Below the pieces are notes generated by a model, which searched no databases, had not been told where the DNA came from, and saw only the letters and a program-made list of their open reading frames with translations. 64,000 nt of DNA. Source: an uncultured Chitinophagales bacterium. GTDB taxonomy: Bacteria; Bacteroidota; Ignavibacteria; UBA10030; UBA6906. The DNA lies in assembly GCA_964539775.1 (NCBI GenBank), contig CAZIKE010000002.1, forward strand, positions 7,273 to 71,272, read 5' to 3'. Positions 38,922 to 48,042 of the stretch are shown piece after piece. Numbering within the stretch: the first letter of the stretch is position 1; every line of letters starts with the position of its first letter. The position numbers were made by a program, and so were the translations under genes.

Positions 38922-39787
38922 CGTCGTATGTCCTGCTGGGAGTGTCCCTCCACGTGCAGTGTTGCCTGCTCATTGGTCGGGACGGAGTCGAAGAGCCTGT
39001 ACTCCGCTTCTGTCACTGTTCGTAGTTCGCCGGCGTGATGCCGGTACCAATTCATGCCCGCATACTTCGCATTGATGGCCGCAATCTCCGGCTTCTCATC
39101 TAATAATCTCAAAATATCATTGATCGAAAAAAACGGAGCCGACTCCTTCCACAGTGCATCATACACGCGCTGGAGAAAGGCATAGTCCTCCGGATAGTCG
39201 ATCGTCCACCGGTGGCTCATCGAATAGTTCAATCCCGTTTCCCACACGACGTTGCCGATACGGAAGCGTTCAGGACGTTCCCAGATGAAGGGCGTGGTAT
39301 GCTCCCGCTCGAAGTCTTTTGTTGCTTCACGCCAGGCAATGGAGAGTGTCTCCATCGTCATCACTTCCACATCATTCCCGTCCGGATACGTGGCGGGATG
39401 GAGGTTGCTCACGTAATCGTATTCCGTGCTGTGCTGCAAGAAGAAGCCCAGGACCCGATCGATCACTCTGGGATCGATCAGTGGACAGTCGGAAGGGATT
39501 TTGACGACAACGTTGGCGTTGCGTTCTCGGGCTGCGCGGTAGTGCCGATCGAGCAGGTCGGTTGGATGGCCGCTGAAGCAATCGATGCCAAGCGAATGGC
39601 ACAGGTCGCGCACGGGGTCGTCTTCGGGATCAACGGTTGTTGCTACCACCAGCTGGAAGGGAACCGAGGCTGCGCGTACGCGCTCGAGCATCCGCTGCAG
39701 CAGCGGTTTTCCTTGCAACGGCATCAGAATTTTTCCCGGCAGGCGGCTGGACCCTGTCCGCGCCTGTACGACGACAAGCATACGCAT
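38918..39787 (-). CDS. Acylneuraminate cytidylyltransferase family protein (CMP-NeuAc synthetase/SpsF-like, CTP_transf_3)
   Basis: MRMLVVVQARTGSSRLPGKILMPL N-terminal signature of SpsF/NeuA-like cytidylyltransferases. 4-nt overlap with downstream TK-N. Confidence 0.7.
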   Translation of the reverse strand: MRMLVVVQARTGSSRLPGKILMPLQGKPLLQRMLERVRAASVPFQLVVATTVDPEDDPVRDLCHSLGIDCFSGHPTDLLDRHYRAARERNANVVVKIPSDCPLIDPRVIDRVLGFFLQHSTEYDYVSNLHPATYPDGNDVEVMTMETLSIAWREATKDFEREHTTPFIWERPERFRIGNVVWETGLNYSMSHRWTIDYPEDYAFLQRVYDALWKESAPFFSINDILRLLDEKPEIAAINAKYAGMNWYRHHAGELRTVTEAEYRLFDSVPTNEQATLHVEGHSQQDIRR

Positions 39788-40851
39788 CAGCTCAGCCTCG
39801 CGAGCAGATGGGAAAACACCTCGGAGTATGAACGCCTGCCGACAACCCGCCGCGCTCGCCAACGAACTCGATGCGGCGTGCGGTCTTCCGGTTCCGCTTC
39901 AAGGACCTGACGGCACACCTCCGCAATCGCTTGTGCCGAGGTGCCGTCATTTTGGATGGGGGTCAGCTTCTTGAGTTCCTCAACGTCAAAATCGGAGTAG
40001 CATTCTTTCCCTAAAGCCAATCCCACATACACGGTTGTAGAGTAGCGCGTGATGAGCACATCGCAGTTGGCGATCATATGCTCGGTGTTGCCGCCGGTGA
40101 ACACGAGTGCGCCGGGCGCGTACTGCTCAATCTCGCGTGTTGCGCGCTCGACATTCTCGTTCGGATGAAGTTTGAACATCAGTTGCCGGCCGTTGGCGAT
40201 GCGCAGAGCGTTCTGGATGAATTTCTTGCGGTTTTCGTACTTGTACGTCTCGCGCATGTCGCTCGTGCAAACAAGCACGTAGTGTTTGTACGGGAAGTCG
40301 TTGTTGAGATACTCTTTGCAGTTGTCGAAGTTCGGGATGCCGGTAACGACAATGCGCTCGGCTGGCGCGCCTTTGCGGATGAACAACTGCCGGTACCCCT
40401 CGCTGGCAACGCAGAAGCGATCATACATCCCGCTCAAGCCTGTCGTGGCCGTGCTGGCGATCCAGCGCGGGAGGAACGGGAATGCTTTCCACAGATGATA
40501 GGCGAAGTTCTCCGGGTCGGTCATCCCCTCCTGCACCACGACGACTTTCTTGCCGCGGATATTTCGTGGCATCACCAGATCGGAACAGGTGACGACGAGA
40601 TCGTAGTCGTTACGCTTTCCCTGGAAGTCGATGGGCAAATCGTATGCATGGAGATAATCGAGGCAGCGCTTCATCAGCTTGTTGCCGAGGATGGAGAACT
40701 CCAGAAGGTTGCTCTTGCGCAGGAGGTCGAGCACAGCGTCGCCATAGTAGGGTGTAAACCACTGCTCGTACTCCCGGAGGTGAGTGGCTACCTTATGCAG
40801 TTGCGTGGTCTGGTTGATGGAGCCGCAAACGAAAAGAATCTTGTGTTTCAT
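39787..40851 (-). CDS. TagF/KpsS-like GT-B transferase (CDP-/CMP-activated donor; Glyphos_transf-like C-terminal domain)
   Basis: FKLHPNENVE (HP motif) and CDVLITRYSTTVYVGLALGKECYS resemble the aDiLITDYSSvffD...KP block of TagF/TagB and KpsS/KpsC transferases. Confidence 0.5.
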   Translation of the reverse strand: MKHKILFVCGSINQTTQLHKVATHLREYEQWFTPYYGDAVLDLLRKSNLLEFSILGNKLMKRCLDYLHAYDLPIDFQGKRNDYDLVVTCSDLVMPRNIRGKKVVVVQEGMTDPENFAYHLWKAFPFLPRWIASTATTGLSGMYDRFCVASEGYRQLFIRKGAPAERIVVTGIPNFDNCKEYLNNDFPYKHYVLVCTSDMRETYKYENRKKFIQNALRIANGRQLMFKLHPNENVERATREIEQYAPGALVFTGGNTEHMIANCDVLITRYSTTVYVGLALGKECYSDFDVEELKKLTPIQNDGTSAQAIAEVCRQVLEAEPEDRTPHRVRWRARRVVGRRSYSEVFSHLLARLS

Positions 40852-41124
40852 ACGCAGGGGATGGTGTATGAGCCTGGCAACGCACGCTGATCTGCCGAGA
40901 GTTGCCTATTGAATGTACGAGATTTCCTTCGTTCGGGTGTTGCGTTGGTTTTATGAAATTGTTAAAGAACTGCAGCAGAGTGCAGCCCCATGTGTCGCTT
41001 TGAATAACAGGAAGCAGCGCCCTTACGTTCCCGCAAACGTTCCGCCCTCCGCTTGAACCAAAATTATGAGATTTTGACTGAGATGCAATCGGTCGGCTGA
41101 TGTGCCTTGTCATGCTGAACGTCT

Positions 41125-41787
41125 CTACATGACCGATCTGCTCGCGACCCGGTGTTTGTCAATCCAGTACATCCACGGAACGAAGAGCCACTGCAGCATT
41201 GCCGCGTACGCAAGGACGTTCTCATCGGGTGGAGGAGGACCGACAATGTTGGCGATGTAGATGATGACAAGGAACGCCACAAGTGACCACAGGCCAAAGC
41301 TTCCAACGGTATCCACCGCCCGCGTCGTTTGTGCGTACAGCACAATTGCTCCGACGAACAGCAAACCTTCCACTACCACTGTTGCCGCTACGCTGTTCCA
41401 CAAACCAAGGCCCGCGCGTGTTTCGATACCCGGCATGAGAGGCAAATCCGGGCGATGCGTAATGAAGTCCAACACCCAATGGCTCAGCACCGCGATGCCC
41501 AGGATGAGTGCTGCCCCGGCATTGTCCTTCACGGCATAGTACACGGCGCCGAATGCGATTGACCACACGACCACGGCGACGAGGCTGTGTGTGTATGGAT
41601 AGTTGTAGAAATCCAGCGGTGTGAATGCCGTGGCTCCGGGTGCAATCCGGGCGCCTTCCAGTCCTAGGAGCAGAAAGATGGGCCACATCAGGTCGATGAA
41701 TTGTGCCGCAAGGAAGAGGGTGCCCAGCGAAAGGGTCGGGGCAGGTTTCTTTGCGGAGAAGCTAACGGCGAAGTGACCGAGAAACAT
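41125..41787 (-). CDS. Membrane-bound metal-dependent hydrolase, YdjM/DUF457-like
   Basis: MFLGHFAVSF N-terminus, multi-TM, LSHWVLDFITHRPD motif typical of the YdjM family. Confidence 0.5.
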   Translation of the reverse strand: MFLGHFAVSFSAKKPAPTLSLGTLFLAAQFIDLMWPIFLLLGLEGARIAPGATAFTPLDFYNYPYTHSLVAVVVWSIAFGAVYYAVKDNAGAALILGIAVLSHWVLDFITHRPDLPLMPGIETRAGLGLWNSVAATVVVEGLLFVGAIVLYAQTTRAVDTVGSFGLWSLVAFLVIIYIANIVGPPPPDENVLAYAAMLQWLFVPWMYWIDKHRVASRSVM

Positions 41788-41932
41788 CGGATCTCATTGA
41801 GGATCGTTGAGAATATCGTTCTTAACGAAAGATAACTTTCCGTGTGGGGAAGTGCAATTGTTCGACCGTTGTTTTTGCTGACACGATTCTGTACCTTTGA
41901 CAGGTTTCCATCACATCCCCTACGGAGGGTTC

Positions 41933-42274
41933 ATGGCAGTAAAGACCTCAACACTTGAAGGTGGTATCGGTCTGATTGAGCCGAGAGGTGATCTTATAGG
42001 CGGTGAAGAAACAGATGCGGTACGGAAAGCAGTGGCAGGATTTGTCGAGCGGAATTATGACAAGCTTCTCATTGACCTCAGCGGTGTCACGTACATGAAC
42101 AGTACAGCAATCGGTGTGTTGGTGGGAGCGCATACCACATACACCAAGAAGGGCTGGCAGGTCAAGCTCTGCGGCGTCAACAAGAATATCAACAGCATCT
42201 TTGTGATTACCAAACTCTCGCTTGTCTTTGATGTCTACGACACGAGGGCCGAGGCGCTGAAGAGCTTTCGGTAG
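41933..42274 (+). CDS. STAS-domain anti-sigma factor antagonist (SpoIIAA/RsbV-like)
   Basis: LIDLSGVTYMNSTAIGVLVGA...KLCGVNKNINSIFVITKLSLVFDVY. GGAGGG RBS 6 nt before the ATG at 41933. Confidence 0.8.
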   Translation: MAVKTSTLEGGIGLIEPRGDLIGGEETDAVRKAVAGFVERNYDKLLIDLSGVTYMNSTAIGVLVGAHTTYTKKGWQVKLCGVNKNINSIFVITKLSLVFDVYDTRAEALKSFR

Positions 42275-42492
42275 CCGCGGAACGATCCTCGGGCATCGAC
42301 GCGAGCGTTCATCGCCGCGTCGACGTTCTCTGAAAACTTCATACTCCAGATCGTGTCCCCGATGTCTCTCGCGAACATATACTGCACTTCGGGAGAGTTC
42401 ACCCATCTCTTCGTTGCCCATCGCTATGACGCATAACGGCACACGAACATTCCTCTTCGCCAAGATCGAAGGACCGATACCGGAGGACTGAC

Positions 42493-43626
42493 ATGAGTTC
42501 AACAGTTCAGGGGTACATCGTTCTTGCCGATATCAGCGGCTACACGTCATTCATCGCGGGAACGGAGCTGGAGCATTCGCAGGCGATCGTAGCGGATATT
42601 TTGCACGTCGTCGTCTCGCATCTGGTGCCGACGCTGGAGCTTGCCGAAATCGAAGGCGATGCGGTATTTGCCTATGTGCCTGCCGATCGGCTCGCACGCC
42701 GCGAAACGCTGCTTGAGCTGATGGAAACAACATACCTTCGCTTCCGCAACCGCAGAGAGTCCATGCGCATGAAGACAACCTGCGCGTGCCGCGCGTGTGC
42801 TGCCATCCCTACACTCGATCTCAAATTCATTGCACACGCCGGCACGTTTGTTCTGTAGACGGTTGCAGGAAAGCAGAAGCCTATCGGTTCCGACGTGATT
42901 CTTGCACACCGTCTCCTGAAGAATACGATCGGTACAGCCAAAGGCTGGCGGGCGTACGTGCTGCTTACGGAGCGCTTGCGGGAAGAAGTTGGGCTTCCAG
43001 ACGAAACACTCTTCTGTACGGTGGAAGAGCACGAACACTTCGGGCGCATCCGCATCTGCAGCTATGATCTGCATGAACGCTACAAACAACTCACAGCCAC
43101 ACGCCAGAAGGTGCTGGCGAAGGATGAGATTCACGGCCGGTACGTTATCACCTTTCCCGCCCCGCCGGCGGTGGTGTGGGATTGGCTCTGCAGTCTTGAA
43201 AAGCGCACGCTCTGCGCTCCCACGGACGAACACTGGTCGGGTGGCCAGCGGCTGGGGGGACGGTCCTGTGTCGGGGCATCCAATCACTGTGATCATGGAA
43301 GCGGGCGTTCCACCGAGACCATCATTGATTGGAAACCTTTTGAGTATTATGCGGCGGAGTACAGTGGCCTGCCGGTGCCAATCATCATGACATACGAACT
43401 CATTCCTGTGGAAGGAGGAACGCGCCTGATCTGGCAGATCTGTTTCAAGATGCATCTGCCTCCGTGGCTGTGCAAGCTCATCGGCGCGTGCATCAACAAA
43501 GTCTTCGTCAGAATGGACAGGACGTTTCTGCGCATGCGTGCGATGATGGAAGCGGCGTTGCCTCCGGTGCCGAGTCCCGGCTCTCCATCACCGGCACCCG
43601 TTCCATCGCTCTCTTCTGCGGCGTAG
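42493..43626 (+). pseudogene. DUF2652-like/SRPBCC (polyketide cyclase-like) protein interrupted by an in-frame TAG at 42856-42858
   Basis: ORFs 42493..42858 and 42895..43626 are in the same frame with 12 sense codons between them. The N-terminus GYIVLADISGYTSF and the post-stop GSDVILAHRLLKN look like one conserved domain spanning the stop. The C-terminal half has an SRPBCC-like ...FPAPPAVVWDWL... region. Confidence 0.5.
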
Positions 43627-43707
43627 CTCGGTGGGTGCGGGTCTCTCCCACGAGGGGTACGCTCGATTGCAAGCATACCGAGGATCCGCTGCACGGCGAC
43701 TGATCTA

Positions 43708-46038
43708 TCAAAGCTTCAGGCTGTCCAGCACATCACGGATCTTCCGCAGCAGTTGTTGAGGTGAGTAGGGCTTATCTACGAACTCCCGAACGCCTCTCGT
43801 CAACATCTCCGAGCGTTGGTCCGGATCGACGTAGCCTGTGGCAACAACGCCCGCGAGATTCGGACGTACCTCCTGCATTTTCTGAAATGCCTCCCACCCA
43901 CTCAGCTTCGGCAAGCCAAGGTCGATCAGAACAAGATCGATCTCCGCAGCATGCTTCTTGAATTGCTCCACTGCTTCAACCCCGTCGCGTGCCCCGAGCA
44001 CGGTGTAGCCTCGTTCTTCGAGGAGCGCTTTGACCAGCTCGAATAACGCGGGCTCGTCTTCTGCCAGGAGAATCGTCTCATTCCCACCCGTCGTCTCCTG
44101 TGCGGCGCTTTGTTCAACAACCTGCGGGCTGCTTCCGGGTGTGGGAATAGGGAAGTAGAGATGAAACGTTGTTCCTTTGTGCGGCTCACTTTCGACATCG
44201 ATGAATCCCTGATGCGATTTGACGACCCCGTAGACCATCGCAAGGCCAAGACCCGTTCCTTTCCCTTTCTCTTTTGTAGTGAAGAACGGCTCGAAGATCC
44301 TCGCCTTCGTCGTCTCATCGATGCCGCCTCCGGTATCGCTCACGCTCAACCGGACATATCCATGGCCGGTAGCGTCGGGAAAGCGTGTGCGCAGCGCGTC
44401 TGCGTCAACAACGCCGGTGGTGATGGAAAGCGAGCCGTGTTCCTGCATGGCGTCACGCGCGTTCACGCACAGATTGAGCATCGCCTGATGCACCTGGTTA
44501 TGGTCGGCAAGGATCACCGGCAGTTTTGGGGCCAAATGGGTTTCAATGCTGATGGTTTTCGGGAACGTGTGCGCGCACATCTCCGCCACTTCCTGTGCAA
44601 CAGCGTTGAGGCTGACAGGTCCGAGATTGGCCTCGCTCTTGCGCGCAAACGTCAAGAGTTGGCGGACAAGCGCCGCGCCGCGCTGAATGGCGGCAGTCAT
44701 CGCCTCGGTATTCTTCACGACCGTCTCCCTGTCGCTGCGTCCCTGCGCAAGCACCGAGGTGTACCCGAGCAGGATCCCGAGAATATTGTTGAAGTCATGT
44801 GCGATCCCCCCGGCCAGCGTTCCGATGCTCTCCATCTTTTGTGCATGAAGGAGTTGCTCCTCCAATCTCTTGCGCTCGGTGATGTCGCGTGAGACAATGA
44901 CGACGTTGGTTGGGATTCCTTCCCGAGCATGAATGACATTGCCCTGTGCCTCGATGTGCCTCGTGCTGCCATCGCGGGCTACCATACGGCACTCGATGCG
45001 GAAGCTCTTACCGGATTGAACGGTCGCCTCGAAGGCGCTGCGTACCCGCTCTTGATCGTCGGGGTGAACCTCACGAAACGCATCCGTGCCGACCAGCGCC
45101 TCCGGCTCGCCGAGCAGGGTTGCGTACGACGGACTGACATAGAGGCGCCGCGCGCGGAGATCAACCAATGCGATCAGATCGGTAGCGTTTTCCGTAATCA
45201 GGCGGAAGCGCTCTTCGCTCAGGCGCAAGCTTTCCTCGGCTCTGATGCGCTCGGTGATATCGCGGTCCACGCCGCGAAATCCCGCGACGTTGCCCTGTTC
45301 GTCCACGATCGGGCTGGCGCTGCTTTCGAGCCATCTGTAATTGCCCTCCTTGTGAAGCCAGCGCATGCGTCTTCCACGCCAACCTTTCTTCTGCACGATA
45401 CAGGTCGGGAAATCGGCGCTGAACGCAAACGCATCTTCCTTGTGCAGGAAAGGAAGGATGGGCTTGCCGAGAATGTCGCTCACGGGGTAGCCGGTGATGG
45501 AGGTGAAGGCTTCGTTGCTGAACGTGATGCGGCCCTCACGGTCGCTTTCCCATATCCAGTCGGAGCTGGTCTCGATGATTGCGCGAAGTTTCTGCTCGCT
45601 TTTCTGCAGCGCTTCCTCGGCGCGGCGTCGGCGCGCATGGTCTTCCTTTTCCTTGAGGGCGCGCTGGACAACATGGACGAGGCGGGAGAGGCGCTGCTTG
45701 AGCACATAATCCGTGGCGCCGCGCTTGAGGCTGTCGATGGCGCGCTCTTCGCCCATTGCCGCTGAAATGAAAATGAACGGAACATCGGGGGCTTTCTCCT
45801 GCGCGTGGGAAAGCGCCAGCATTCCGTCGAACGATGGCAGGGAAAAGTCGGAAAAGATCAGGTCGTAGTGCTGCTTTTCCAACTCGGCAACGAAGGAGCG
45901 CTCATTATCGACGCGAACAACCGTACAGGATATACCCGCAGTATCGAGCAGATTCTGGATCAGTTCTGCATCGTACGGACTGTCCTCGAGATGCAGTATA
46001 CGGATTGGCTGCTTCATGAAAAAGTGTGCCTCAGACAT
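43708..46038 (-). CDS. Hybrid sensor histidine kinase/response regulator (REC-PAS-PAS-HisKA-HATPase_c-REC)
   Basis: N-terminal receiver ([14 protein letters not shown]...[14 protein letters not shown]), PAS repeats, H-box [12 protein letters not shown], HATPase_c, C-terminal receiver [13 protein letters not shown]. Start codon only 6 nt after the upstream REC gene stop. Confidence 0.85.
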   Translation of the reverse strand: MSEAHFFMKQPIRILHLEDSPYDAELIQNLLDTAGISCTVVRVDNERSFVAELEKQHYDLIFSDFSLPSFDGMLALSHAQEKAPDVPFIFISAAMGEERAIDSLKRGATDYVLKQRLSRLVHVVQRALKEKEDHARRRRAEEALQKSEQKLRAIIETSSDWIWESDREGRITFSNEAFTSITGYPVSDILGKPILPFLHKEDAFAFSADFPTCIVQKKGWRGRRMRWLHKEGNYRWLESSASPIVDEQGNVAGFRGVDRDITERIRAEESLRLSEERFRLITENATDLIALVDLRARRLYVSPSYATLLGEPEALVGTDAFREVHPDDQERVRSAFEATVQSGKSFRIECRMVARDGSTRHIEAQGNVIHAREGIPTNVVIVSRDITERKRLEEQLLHAQKMESIGTLAGGIAHDFNNILGILLGYTSVLAQGRSDRETVVKNTEAMTAAIQRGAALVRQLLTFARKSEANLGPVSLNAVAQEVAEMCAHTFPKTISIETHLAPKLPVILADHNQVHQAMLNLCVNARDAMQEHGSLSITTGVVDADALRTRFPDATGHGYVRLSVSDTGGGIDETTKARIFEPFFTTKEKGKGTGLGLAMVYGVVKSHQGFIDVESEPHKGTTFHLYFPIPTPGSSPQVVEQSAAQETTGGNETILLAEDEPALFELVKALLEERGYTVLGARDGVEAVEQFKKHAAEIDLVLIDLGLPKLSGWEAFQKMQEVRPNLAGVVATGYVDPDQRSEMLTRGVREFVDKPYSPQQLLRKIRDVLDSLKL

Positions 46039-46044
46039 GCAGTC

Positions 46045-46494
46045 TCACGGCCGTTTCCTTTTCGGGGGCGGCTCGTTGATGATCGCCCAGAACACCCCGA
46101 CTTGCCGGACCGATTCTACGAACTGTGTGAAATCCACCGGCTTCACCACAAACGCATTAACACCAAGCTCATAGCTTTTGACCAGGTCTCTCTCTTCACG
46201 CGATGACGTGAGAACCACGACCGGGATCGTCTTCAAGTCGGGGTCCGACCTGATGACTTTGAGGACTTCAAGACCATCGACCTTGGGCATTTTCAAGTCA
46301 AGAAGGACGACGCAAGGGTTGCCGTTGTCGCGCCCCTCGTACTTGTTGCGGCGGTAGAGATAATCGAGTGCCTCTGCGCCGTCGTTGACCACGTCCACTT
46401 CATTGACGAGGTTGTGCCTGGCAAGCGCTTCGAGCGTCAGTTCTACATCGTTCGGATTATCCTCCGCGAGGAGGATGCGGCGCAACTCATTCAT
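46045..46494 (-). CDS. Stand-alone response regulator receiver domain protein (CheY-like)
   Basis: ILLAEDNPNDVELT...VVLLDLKMPKVDGLEVL...VVVLTSS...K: full REC signature (DD-D-T-K). Confidence 0.85.
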   Translation of the reverse strand: MNELRRILLAEDNPNDVELTLEALARHNLVNEVDVVNDGAEALDYLYRRNKYEGRDNGNPCVVLLDLKMPKVDGLEVLKVIRSDPDLKTIPVVVLTSSREERDLVKSYELGVNAFVVKPVDFTQFVESVRQVGVFWAIINEPPPKRKRP

Positions 46495-46533
46495 TGTATG
46501 GACCTCCGGGTATAATGGCGTGAGCGTTTGTGT

Positions 46534-48021
46534 TCATGAAGTTCTACCGGGCTGATCACGCGGGAGAGAGAAAAAGAACGTTGCTCCTTTGCCGGGTGCT
46601 CCTTCCGCCCACGTGCGACCGCCGTGGCGTGCAATGATGCGACGGACATTGGCAAGGCCGATGCCGGTCCCCTCAAACTCGCGCGTACTGTGCAACCGTT
46701 GGAAAACTCCAAAGAGTTTGTGCGCATGGCTCATATCGAAACCGACTCCATTGTCGCGCACAGAAATAGTGTGTTCGGTGTCGGTGGTGTGTGATGCGAT
46801 CTCGATGCACGCACGAGCGGTGTTCCGGGTGTATTTGATGGCGTTCGAGAGAAGGTTCACAAACACCTGGCGCAGCAGCGATGGATCGCCCGGTACGCTC
46901 GGCAGCGGATGAATCTTCCATGTGATAGCGCGGCCCTCGGTCTCTCCCTGCAGCGCCTCGATCGCTTCGCTGACAAGCCTAGAAAGCGGGACCATCGTCT
47001 TGACCATTTCTGTCCGCCCGACCTGCGAAAACACCAGCAGGTCGTCTATGAGCTGGCCCATGTGTTTGGCCGCTGCAGAGATGGTGTTGACGTAATGTCG
47101 CCCCTTCTCATCCAGCAGCGTTTCGGCATGGTGCCGAAGTAAAGTAACGAAGCCGTCGATGTGGCGCAACGGCGCGCGGAGGTCGTGCGAGACGGAGTAG
47201 CTGAATGCCTCCAGTTCTCTGTTGGCCTCTTCGAGCTGCCGGGTCCGCTGCACCACAAGCGCTTCGATGTTCTCCTGATGTTTCTTCAACTGCTCGCTGA
47301 GTTCCTTTTCCTTGGTGACGTCCGCCGAAAGAATGAAGAGACCCTCGGGGACAGGCTCGATGCTCAGGTGGAACCACCGGCGAGAGCCGTCGGGATACAC
47401 AAACTCGTTCTCCATCCGCCGGGAGACGCGTTCGGTCATGCACTGCTGCAGCACCGCGAAAAGGGGTGTATGCTCGATGTCGGGGTAACACTCCATCATC
47501 GTGCGTCCGAGGAGGTCTTCTTTACGACGGCGGCCATGATGTGCTGCGACATCGTTCAAGTAGAGGTAGCGCCAATCGGACCCGATGATCTGGCACCCTT
47601 CCAGCATATGGTCGAGCGTGGTGCGGTAGCGTTGCTCCGACTCACGCAGTTGCCGTTCTGCCCGCAGGCGCTCGGTCACGTCGTGTGCGACGACCAACTT
47701 TGCTTCTCTGCCGGCAAACTGCAGCTCATGCGATGTGATCTCGACATCCATCAGCGTTCCGTCCTTCTTCTTGTGCCTCCAGATGCCTGCCTTGTCGAGT
47801 CCTTTGTGGCTCTGGGCAACGTCCGCAACCAGCCGTGCCACTTCTTCCGGAGGGCGAATATCCTTGATCGTCATCTGCAGAAATTCCTCGCGTGCGTAGC
47901 CGTAGTGGTAGATGGCAGCCTCGTTCACTTCGAGGAACCTGAGCGTTTCGACATCGAACACCCACATCGGTAGCGGGTGATTCATGAAGAGATTGCTGAA
48001 ATGTTCGTCGGCGTCTTTCAT
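46534..48021 (-). CDS. PAS-domain sensor histidine kinase (phytochrome-type transmitter, H-box SHDLRAPL)
   Basis: Two PAS domains, HisKA SHDLRAPLRHIDGF, HATPase_c (DNGVGFD, GTGIGLA). Confidence 0.85.
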   Translation of the reverse strand: MKDADEHFSNLFMNHPLPMWVFDVETLRFLEVNEAAIYHYGYAREEFLQMTIKDIRPPEEVARLVADVAQSHKGLDKAGIWRHKKKDGTLMDVEITSHELQFAGREAKLVVAHDVTERLRAERQLRESEQRYRTTLDHMLEGCQIIGSDWRYLYLNDVAAHHGRRRKEDLLGRTMMECYPDIEHTPLFAVLQQCMTERVSRRMENEFVYPDGSRRWFHLSIEPVPEGLFILSADVTKEKELSEQLKKHQENIEALVVQRTRQLEEANRELEAFSYSVSHDLRAPLRHIDGFVTLLRHHAETLLDEKGRHYVNTISAAAKHMGQLIDDLLVFSQVGRTEMVKTMVPLSRLVSEAIEALQGETEGRAITWKIHPLPSVPGDPSLLRQVFVNLLSNAIKYTRNTARACIEIASHTTDTEHTISVRDNGVGFDMSHAHKLFGVFQRLHSTREFEGTGIGLANVRRIIARHGGRTWAEGAPGKGATFFFSLPRDQPGRTS

Positions 48022-48042
48022 GAGCTTTCTGTTGGCTACGTA

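Noticed and set aside
37091-39038. Plus-strand ORFs of 353 and 454 aa
   Set aside because: Antisense to the two transketolase subunit genes, which have clear TPP-binding and pyrimidine-binding motifs on the minus strand.
42856-42858. Possible genetic-code reassignment of TAG
   Set aside because: TAG is used as the terminator of several confident genes in the window (for example 30639-30641, 30337-30339), so a global reassignment is unlikely. Treated as a local nonsense mutation or sequencing error.
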